From Candidatus Latescibacterota bacterium (GTDB taxonomy: Bacteria; Latescibacterota; UBA2968; UBA8231), in the NCBI GenBank assembly GCA_965221775.1, contig CBDCSU010000004.1:320001-384000 (forward strand): a DNA stretch of 64,000 bases, written 5' to 3'. Of this stretch, positions 57,046-64,000 are shown piece after piece. A program made the position numbers and the translations under genes. Each line of letters opens with the position of its first letter. Position 1 is the stretch's first letter. The notes under the pieces were generated by a model that did not search any database, was not told the DNA's origin, and saw only the letters and a list, made by a program, of their open reading frames with translations.

Positions 57046-58395
57046 ATGATCCCGGTGAGCGGGGTGGCATCCGGTTCCCTGGCCGAGCGTGCGGGGTTCG
57101 CGGCAGGAGACCGGATCGCCCGTGTCAACGGTGAGCCGGTAGGGGACCTGATCGACTTCCAGGTGGCCAGCTCCGAGCCGCGGCTGCTGTTCGAGGTCGA
57201 GCGGGAGGGCGAGCTGTACGAGGTGGAGGTGGAGCGCCGGGACGGAGAGTCCCTGGGCTTCGACTTCGAAGAGATGCGCCTCCGGCGATGCAACAACAAG
57301 TGCGTGTTCTGCTTCCTCCACCAGATGCCGGGGGGCATGCGGCGGTCCCTCTACTTCGAAGACGACGACTACCGGCTCTCCTTCCTCCACGGATCCTACG
57401 TGACCCTGACCAACGTCAAGGAGCGCGACCTCAGGCGGATCGTGGATCAGGGCCTGACGCCCCAGTACATCTCGGTTCACGCCACCGACCCGGCCCTGAG
57501 GCAGCAACTGCTCGGCCGCAAGGGGGGCACCGTGCCCATCCTCGAGCGGATCGGGTTCCTGGCTCGCTCAGGGATCGAGATGCACACCCAGATCGTCCTC
57601 TGCCCCGGCTGGAACGACGGCGACCACCTGGAGCACACATTGCGGGACCTCGAGGGCTTCTACCCTTCGGTCCGCTCCGTGGCGCTTGTCCCTGTCGGAC
57701 TGACGCGTTTCCGGCAGCACCTGCCGGAGCTGCGGCCCGTGACGCCAGCCACGGCCGAGAGCTACCTGGCGCATGCCGACCGATGGGGGGTGCGCTGTGC
57801 CCGGGATCTGGGCGAGCGCTTCGTCTATCCCGGAGACGAGTTGTTCCTGATGGTCGGGCGGCTGCCGCCGGCGGCCTCCTACTACGATGCCTTTCCCCAG
57901 ATCGAGAACGGCATCGGAATGGTGCGGACCTTCCTCGACCGCTGGGAGCGGGGACGGACGGATCTGCCGAAGGATCTCCACAGGCCGCTGCACCTCGCCC
58001 TGGTCACGGGCCGGCTGGCAGGCCCGTTCCTGACCCCCATGGTGGAGGGCATCGAGACCGCAGGCCTCCGGGCCGATGTGGTGGTGGTGGACAACGACTT
58101 CTTCGGGACCGGCATCACCGTCTCCGGGCTCCTCACGGGGCAGGATATCATCGGCGCCGTGCGCGGGGGGCCCTGGGATCTCGTCGTCCTGCCCCCCAAC
58201 ACCGTCAACGGCGAGGGCATGACCCTCGACGACATGACCGTACCCCGGATCGAGGCGGCCACGGGTATTCCCGTGACGGTCGGGGAGTACGATCTGGCGG
58301 CGACCTTGCTGCGCTGCATCGACCGGGAGAGCGTGGCCCACGGCCGAGGCCGCCAGCTCTCGGAACTCGGGTTCTACGTCGGGCGGAACCGGTGA
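57046..58395 (+). CDS. DUF512 family PDZ + radical-SAM-like Fe-S protein
   Basis: N-terminal PDZ-like region, CNNKCVFC, DDDYRLSFL.G.YVTLTN, VPVGLTRFR, PQIENG.G. Confidence 0.9.
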   Translation: MIPVSGVASGSLAERAGFAAGDRIARVNGEPVGDLIDFQVASSEPRLLFEVEREGELYEVEVERRDGESLGFDFEEMRLRRCNNKCVFCFLHQMPGGMRRSLYFEDDDYRLSFLHGSYVTLTNVKERDLRRIVDQGLTPQYISVHATDPALRQQLLGRKGGTVPILERIGFLARSGIEMHTQIVLCPGWNDGDHLEHTLRDLEGFYPSVRSVALVPVGLTRFRQHLPELRPVTPATAESYLAHADRWGVRCARDLGERFVYPGDELFLMVGRLPPAASYYDAFPQIENGIGMVRTFLDRWERGRTDLPKDLHRPLHLALVTGRLAGPFLTPMVEGIETAGLRADVVVVDNDFFGTGITVSGLLTGQDIIGAVRGGPWDLVVLPPNTVNGEGMTLDDMTVPRIEAATGIPVTVGEYDLAATLLRCIDRESVAHGRGRQLSELGFYVGRNR

Positions 58396-59789
58396 CGACC
58401 TCGGGATCCACCCCCACCGGCCTTCCCGTGGCGCCGGAAGGTCCCGTCGTCGCCATCGTGGGCCGGCCGAATGTCGGCAAGTCCACCCTCTTCAACCGTC
58501 TCACCGGCACCCGGCGGGCCATCACCGACGATCGTCCCGGCGTCACCCGCGACCGGATCCGCGGCACCGCGGAGTGGGGCGGACACCGATTCACTCTCGT
58601 GGACACCGGCGGCTACGTCCCCCGCGCCGGCGGCCTCGAAGGCCAGGTGCGGCAACAGGCGGAAAAGGCCCTGGAGGAGTCCGACCTCGTCCTCCTTGTC
58701 TGCGACGCCACGGAGGGGGTCTCGGCAGCCGACCGGGATGTGGCTGATCTCCTGCGGCGGAGAGATGTGCGGTGCCTGCTGGTGGTCAACAAGGTCGATC
58801 ACCCCGATCCGTGCCGTTACGACATGGGGGAGTTCTTCGGACTCGGACTGGGCGATCCCCATCCCGTGTCGGGTGCAACCGGCCGCCGGTCGGGCGACCT
58901 GCTCCAGGCGATCGTCTCCGGCTTCGACGATCCAGCGTCCCCGGAGCCGGATCGCCCGCCCGAGGAGGTGCGCGTGGTCCTGGCGGGACGGCCGAATGTG
59001 GGCAAGTCGACGCTGATCAACCGGCTTTGCGGAGAGCGGATCTCCATCGTCCACGCCGAACCCGGAACGACGCGCGACTCCACCGACGTCACCATTCTCC
59101 GCGGCGGCCGGCGCTTCGTCCTCGTCGATACCGCCGGGATCCGCAGGCGCGCGCGGGTTCAGGATCCGGTCGAGTACTTCAGCACCCTCCGGGCTTCCCA
59201 CAGCCTCGAGAGGTCGGACGTGGTCGTCGTCCTCCTGGACGCAGTCGAGGGAACCACCGCACAGGACGCCCGGCTCATGAGCCGGGTCATGGAACTCGGA
59301 CGAGGCATGGTGGTGGCGGTGAACAAGTGGGATCTGGTGGCCGGGTCCGCAAGGGCCGACATCGACGCCTATCGCGACGGGATGAGACGACGGCATCCCT
59401 TTCTCCAGCACTATCCGATCCTCACCCTGTCGGCGATGACGGGCCGCCGAGCGGCGGCCTGTCTCGACACCTCGGCCGCAGTGGCCGGCCGCGCCCGCGC
59501 CCGGGTTCCCACCCCCAGGCTGAACCGGTGGCTCGGGGAGGTCACCCGGAGGCTGGCCCCGGGCGGCGGTGGGGAGGTACGGATCCTCTACGCCGCCCAG
59601 ACCGGGATTGAGCCGCCTTCTTTCGTCCTGTTCTGCAATCACCCGGACCGGATCAGCCCGTCCTATCGCCGCTTCGTGGAGAACAACCTGCGAGAGAGCA
59701 TCGATCTGGTTGGGACGCCGGTCCGCATCCACTGGCGAAACAGGCGCCCGGACAGGACTCCGGAGCGAACGGGGAAGAGGTCGGGATGA
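58392..59789 (+). CDS. der: Ribosome biogenesis GTPase Der
   Basis: Two GRPNVGKS G-domains, PGVTRD, DTGG/DTAG, NKVD/NKWD; GTGA overlap. Confidence 0.96.
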   Translation: MTTSGSTPTGLPVAPEGPVVAIVGRPNVGKSTLFNRLTGTRRAITDDRPGVTRDRIRGTAEWGGHRFTLVDTGGYVPRAGGLEGQVRQQAEKALEESDLVLLVCDATEGVSAADRDVADLLRRRDVRCLLVVNKVDHPDPCRYDMGEFFGLGLGDPHPVSGATGRRSGDLLQAIVSGFDDPASPEPDRPPEEVRVVLAGRPNVGKSTLINRLCGERISIVHAEPGTTRDSTDVTILRGGRRFVLVDTAGIRRRARVQDPVEYFSTLRASHSLERSDVVVVLLDAVEGTTAQDARLMSRVMELGRGMVVAVNKWDLVAGSARADIDAYRDGMRRRHPFLQHYPILTLSAMTGRRAAACLDTSAAVAGRARARVPTPRLNRWLGEVTRRLAPGGGGEVRILYAAQTGIEPPSFVLFCNHPDRISPSYRRFVENNLRESIDLVGTPVRIHWRNRRPDRTPERTGKRSG

Positions 59790-60223
59790 GTGAGCTCAAG
59801 CCGGGGATCGGCAAGTTGTACTACAGCATCGGAGAGGTATCGGAACTGACCGGTCTGCCGCCATACACCCTGAGGTCCTGGGAGAAGGAGTTCCCCTCCC
59901 TGCGCCCCAGGCGGGTCCGCGGCAAGAACCGGGCCTACCGTCCCCGCGACATCGGCATCATCCTGCTCATCAAGCGGCTCCTTCACGAGGAGCGCTACTC
60001 CACCGCAGGCGCGCGCCGGAAGCTGCGCAACGAGCCGGAGTTGGTTCAGCAGGCGGCCGACGGCTTCCCGGAGGAGTCGCGCGGCAGCCGGCTTCCCGAG
60101 GGGGGCCGGGAGACCCGGCCGCCGGCTCCGCAATCGGGCCCCGGAAGCGACGAGGCGCGGTCCGGCGACCTGCCCGGGGGGATCCTCGAGGAGCTTCGCC
60201 GGATCGCGCGGTTGCTGGAATAG
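59786..60223 (+). CDS. MerR family HTH transcriptional regulator
   Basis: KLYYSIGEVSE...LRSWEKEFP.LRP...NRAYR. Confidence 0.9.
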   Translation: MSELKPGIGKLYYSIGEVSELTGLPPYTLRSWEKEFPSLRPRRVRGKNRAYRPRDIGIILLIKRLLHEERYSTAGARRKLRNEPELVQQAADGFPEESRGSRLPEGGRETRPPAPQSGPGSDEARSGDLPGGILEELRRIARLLE

Positions 60224-60339
60224 CTGCAAGGGTGCCGGCCTCGGTACCCTCAACCTTGCTCAACGCCATAATTGTCTGTATTTTTTGGAACTTCGGCAGG
60301 CTCGGCGTGCCTGCTGGTGACCCGGGAGAGCCAAGGGCC

Positions 60340-60828
60340 ATGGCCGAAGCAGAGGCAAGCGACGACCGGGCGGGCCGATCTGCGCAGCCGGAGGCCCTGC
60401 GCCCTCTGTTGTTCGAGATCGCGGAGCCCGTCGTGGCCGACCACGGCGCCGAGCTCGTCGATGTCGAGGTCTCCGGGTCGGGCAGCTTCAGCGTTCGCCT
60501 GGCGGTCTACCGCGACGCGGGCATCACCGTGGATCTGTGTGAGGCCATCTCCCGGGAGCTTTCGGATGTCCTCGATATCGAGGATCCCCTTCCCGGGCGC
60601 TACCGGCTCGAGGTGACTTCACCCGGCCTCGAGCGGCCGCTGCGGACCGACGCCGACTTTCGGCGCGCCCACCGTCGCAGGCTCAAGGTCGTCACCTGCG
60701 ACGGTCGTACCGAATTCGGCCGTCTCACCGGGTTCACGGAGACCTCGATCGAGCTCGAGCGCAAGGCCGGCCCCCGGAGCGTCGCCCGCGGCGACATCGC
60801 CCGGGCCACCATCGAAGTGGAATTCTGA
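60340..60828 (+). CDS. rimP: Ribosome maturation factor RimP
   Basis: GITVDLCEAISR, Y.LEVTSPGLERPL; upstream of nusA. Confidence 0.93.
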   Translation: MAEAEASDDRAGRSAQPEALRPLLFEIAEPVVADHGAELVDVEVSGSGSFSVRLAVYRDAGITVDLCEAISRELSDVLDIEDPLPGRYRLEVTSPGLERPLRTDADFRRAHRRRLKVVTCDGRTEFGRLTGFTETSIELERKAGPRSVARGDIARATIEVEF

Positions 60829-60838
60829 ACGGAGCGGG

Positions 60839-62338
60839 ATGAACGCTGAGTTCAACATCATCGAAGCCTTGGGCCAGATCGCGCGCGAGAAGAACGTGGA
60901 TCGCGAGATGGTCATCCAGACCCTGGCCGACGCCCTCGTCTCGGCTGCCAAGAGGCGCTACGGCAACGTCGACAACTTCGAGGTCCAGACCGATCCGGCG
61001 AGTGGCCGCATGCGGGTGGTGGCCCGCAAGACCGTCGTGGAGGAGGTGAGCGTCCCCGAGCTCGAGATCGAGATCGAGGAGGCCCGCCATATCGATCACC
61101 AGGCCCAGATCGGCTCGGTGGTCTTCCAAGAGCTGAACCTCGCCGACTTCGGCCGCAACGCCATCCAGACGGCCAAGCAGATCCTGATCCAGCGCGTGCG
61201 CGAGGCCGAGCGCGAGCACATCTACGAGGAGTTCGCCAGCCGCATCGGCAAGATCGAGTCCGGCACGGTACAGCAGATCAGCCACGGCGACATCATCATG
61301 AATCTCGGACGCGCCGAAGCCGCCGTCCCCCTCAAGGAGCAGATCCGCCGCGAGCGCTATCGCCAGGGCGACACCGTGCGCGGCTACATCTTCGAGATCC
61401 TCAAGTCGAGCCGGGGCCCACAGGTACTGCTCTCCCGGACCCATCCCGAGTTCCTGCGCAAGCTGTTCTCCCTCGAGGTCCCGGAGATCGCGGAAGGGAT
61501 CGTGACCATCCACGCCGTGGCCCGGGAGCCGGGGGAGCGGGCCAAGATCGCGGTGAGCTCCAACGACGAGCGGGTCGATCCGGTCGGTGCCTGCGTCGGC
61601 GTCAAGGGTTCGAGGGTACAGGCGATCGTCCGCGAGCTCTCCGGAGAGCGGATCGACATCGTCCCCTGGATCGACGAGGCCGACATCTTCATCTCCCGGG
61701 CCCTGGGGCCGGCCACGGTGTCGCGGGTCATCACCGACGGCCGCCGCCACCATGCCCAGGTGATCGTCGAGGAAGAGCAGCTCTCCCTCGCCATCGGCAA
61801 GTCCGGACAGAACTCCCGGCTCGCCGTTCAACTCACGGGCTGGGGCCTGGACATCATCACAGACGAGGAGTATCAGCGGCGCCTCCGGAGGTTGGAGGAG
61901 AGCAAAGTGGAGTTGCGACGCCTGGAAGGCGTCAGTGAGCTCATCTCCCTCAGTCTGGCGACCTCGGGCTTCATATCCATCCGGGGCATCGCCCAGGCCG
62001 AGGTCGACATGCTGCGCACTGTCCCCGGCCTGGAGGGAGAGGGGGAAGCGGCCCGCTTGAAGGGGCTGGCGGTCGCCTATACCGAGCAGGCGGAGGTCTC
62101 CGGCGAGGAGCTCAGGCCGGCCACCCTCGAGGAGCTGGAGGCCGCCGAGAGGGCCGCCGCCGAGGCTCGGGCGGCCCAGTTGGCCCGGGCCCGTGGGGAG
62201 GAGGAGGCCGAAGACGATGGTGCGCCCGTGGAGGATTCGGGCGGCGAGGACGAAGAGGGAGGCGGGAGCGAAGCTGTGAGCGCAGCCCCCGGGGAGGCCG
62301 AGGCCCCCAGCACGCGCGGTCCCTTCGAAACCAGTTGA
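60839..62338 (+). CDS. nusA: Transcription factor NusA
   Basis: FGRNAIQTAKQ, EVPEI, AREPGER.KIAV, DPVGACVG.KGSR, LAIGKSGQN.RLA. Confidence 0.97.
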   Translation: MNAEFNIIEALGQIAREKNVDREMVIQTLADALVSAAKRRYGNVDNFEVQTDPASGRMRVVARKTVVEEVSVPELEIEIEEARHIDHQAQIGSVVFQELNLADFGRNAIQTAKQILIQRVREAEREHIYEEFASRIGKIESGTVQQISHGDIIMNLGRAEAAVPLKEQIRRERYRQGDTVRGYIFEILKSSRGPQVLLSRTHPEFLRKLFSLEVPEIAEGIVTIHAVAREPGERAKIAVSSNDERVDPVGACVGVKGSRVQAIVRELSGERIDIVPWIDEADIFISRALGPATVSRVITDGRRHHAQVIVEEEQLSLAIGKSGQNSRLAVQLTGWGLDIITDEEYQRRLRRLEESKVELRRLEGVSELISLSLATSGFISIRGIAQAEVDMLRTVPGLEGEGEAARLKGLAVAYTEQAEVSGEELRPATLEELEAAERAAAEARAAQLARARGEEEAEDDGAPVEDSGGEDEEGGGSEAVSAAPGEAEAPSTRGPFETS

Positions 62339-62364
62339 CCGGGTAAGCGGATCGAGGAGCTCCT

Positions 62365-64000
62365 TTGGAAAAACGCCGGGTATATCAGGTAGCGAAGGAG
62401 AAGAAGCTCTCCAGCGATGCCCTCATCTCAATGCTGAAAGGGATGGGGCAGGAGGTGAAGAGCCACATGAGTGTGGTGACTCCCGAGATGCTGGAGGCGA
62501 TCACCAGGAAGATCGACGAGGAGAAGCAGTCCTCGATCGAGGAGGTGCAGCGGCAGAAGGTCAAGGAGACCCAGCGCAAGGCCGAGGCTCGAGCCGCGCG
62601 CCAGCCCACGGATTCCAAGGAGGAGAGCAAGCCGCGGGACGGCCGCGCCACCGGACGCCGACCCGACCCGGCCCCGCGCCCCGGGATGCCCGCCCCGGCG
62701 CCCGAGCGCCCCGAAGAGGGCCGTCGCCGCAAGCGGCGGGGGGGCAAGGTCGACGAGGAGATGCTCAACGAGCTGCGCGAGACCCACACCGCGGACCGGC
62801 CGGCGGAGAAGGCTCCCGCCAGTTCCGACGTCAGCGGTCGCTGGCGGTCCGGCGGAGGCCGCCAGAGGCGCCGCAAGCAGGTCGATTCGCAGGCGGTCCA
62901 GGAGAGCGTCCGCAAGACCCTGAGCCAGATCAGCGAAGGACGCACGCGCCGGCGCTACGACCGCTCGCGCGACGAGGGGGGGGAGGAGGACGAGTCTCCG
63001 GAGACCCAGGTCCTCCACATCAACGAGTTCGCCACCGTCGGTGAGTTGGCAGAGGCCCTGCACGTCCGGCCGGCGGAGGTGATTGCCGTCTGCCTGCATC
63101 TGGGCGTGGTGGTGACGATCAACCAGCGTCTCGACATGGACACCATGGTGACCGTGGCCGACGAGTTCGGGTACGAGATCAAGCGTCTGGAGGCCGCCGA
63201 GGAAGAAGAAGCGGAGGACTTCGGGGACGATGACCTGGCCGACGAAGGAGACGTGGGAGATCCCGCTCCTCGGCCGCCCGTGGTCACTGTCATGGGACAC
63301 GTGGACCACGGCAAGACGTCCTTGCTCGACTACCTGCGCAAGACCAACGTCGTCAAGGGCGAGTCCGGGGGAATCACACAGCACATCGGCGCCTACTCCG
63401 TCCGGGTCTCCGAGGGACGGTCCATCACCTTCCTCGATACGCCCGGCCACGCCGCCTTCACCGCCATGCGGGCCCGCGGGGCCCGCATCACCGACCTCGT
63501 CATCCTCATCGTCGCCGCCGACGACAGTGTCATGCCCCAGACGATCGAGGCCATCGACCATGCCCGGGCGGCCCAGGTGCCGATCGTCGTGGCCATCAAC
63601 AAGATCGATCTGCCCACCGCCGACCCGGAACGCATCAGGCGCGAACTGGCCGAGCACAACGTCCTCGTCGAAGGTTGGGGGGGGCAGGTCTCCTGCGCCG
63701 AGATCTCGGCCACCACCGGCGCGGGGATCGAACAACTCCTCGAAGCGGTTCTGCTCGAGGCCGACGTTCTGGAGTTGAAGGCCTTCCCGGAGAAACGGGC
63801 GCGGGGCACGGTCGTGGAGGGTCAGCTCGACCGGGGTCGAGGCGCCGTGGCCACCGTTCTAGTCGAGGATGGCACCCTGAGCCAGGGCGATCCCTTTGTC
63901 ACCGGCATGTACGGGGGCCGCGTGCGGGCCCTGATGGACGAGCAGAATGCCCGCCTCAAGTCAGCCGGCCCCGGGCAACCGGTCCAGGTCCTGGGGCTGG
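62365..64000 (+). CDS. infB: Translation initiation factor IF-2, 3' truncated by window edge
   Basis: Absent from ORF track (no stop in window); TTG start, [50 protein letters not shown]. Confidence 0.96.
   Translation, partial: MEKRRVYQVAKEKKLSSDALISMLKGMGQEVKSHMSVVTPEMLEAITRKIDEEKQSSIEEVQRQKVKETQRKAEARAARQPTDSKEESKPRDGRATGRRPDPAPRPGMPAPAPERPEEGRRRKRRGGKVDEEMLNELRETHTADRPAEKAPASSDVSGRWRSGGGRQRRRKQVDSQAVQESVRKTLSQISEGRTRRRYDRSRDEGGEEDESPETQVLHINEFATVGELAEALHVRPAEVIAVCLHLGVVVTINQRLDMDTMVTVADEFGYEIKRLEAAEEEEAEDFGDDDLADEGDVGDPAPRPPVVTVMGHVDHGKTSLLDYLRKTNVVKGESGGITQHIGAYSVRVSEGRSITFLDTPGHAAFTAMRARGARITDLVILIVAADDSVMPQTIEAIDHARAAQVPIVVAINKIDLPTADPERIRRELAEHNVLVEGWGGQVSCAEISATTGAGIEQLLEAVLLEADVLELKAFPEKRARGTVVEGQLDRGRGAVATVLVEDGTLSQGDPFVTGMYGGRVRALMDEQNARLKSAGPGQPVQVLGL

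Overview
High-GC bacterial chromosomal segment with dense gene content. The gene set (bS22-type ribosomal protein, LysM/lipoprotein pair, DUF6785-type membrane proteins) suggests a diderm FCB-affiliated or related uncultured lineage; this placement is inference. Most of the window is housekeeping: lnt, ybeY, PhoH, aspS, rpsT, ftsH, purB, mreBC, HU, miaA, der, rimP-nusA-infB and five tRNAs (fMet, Arg-CCG, Pro-GGG, Pro-CGG, Gly-CCC). It also holds small catabolic clusters, a CysM-Mec-CysO sulfur-carrier module and a TRAP-T transporter. The standout is an 11.5 kb four-gene membrane operon at 29830-41309. It encodes two recently duplicated DUF6785/DUF6784-type polytopic proteins, a ~1480 aa fusion of a degenerate M28/PA-like domain with a MacB/FtsX-type permease, and an OPT-like transporter carrying a CCCH zinc-finger-like insert, an apparently circularly permuted Ig/FN3-like domain and acidic Ca-binding-like repeats. 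No ABC ATPase is encoded in the window. A second oddity is a purB / PyrH-paralog / degenerate HisI cluster. No CRISPR array, transposase or integrase was seen. Family names come from motif recognition by eye, not database searches, and several start codons were re-called from RBS, overlap and promoter context.
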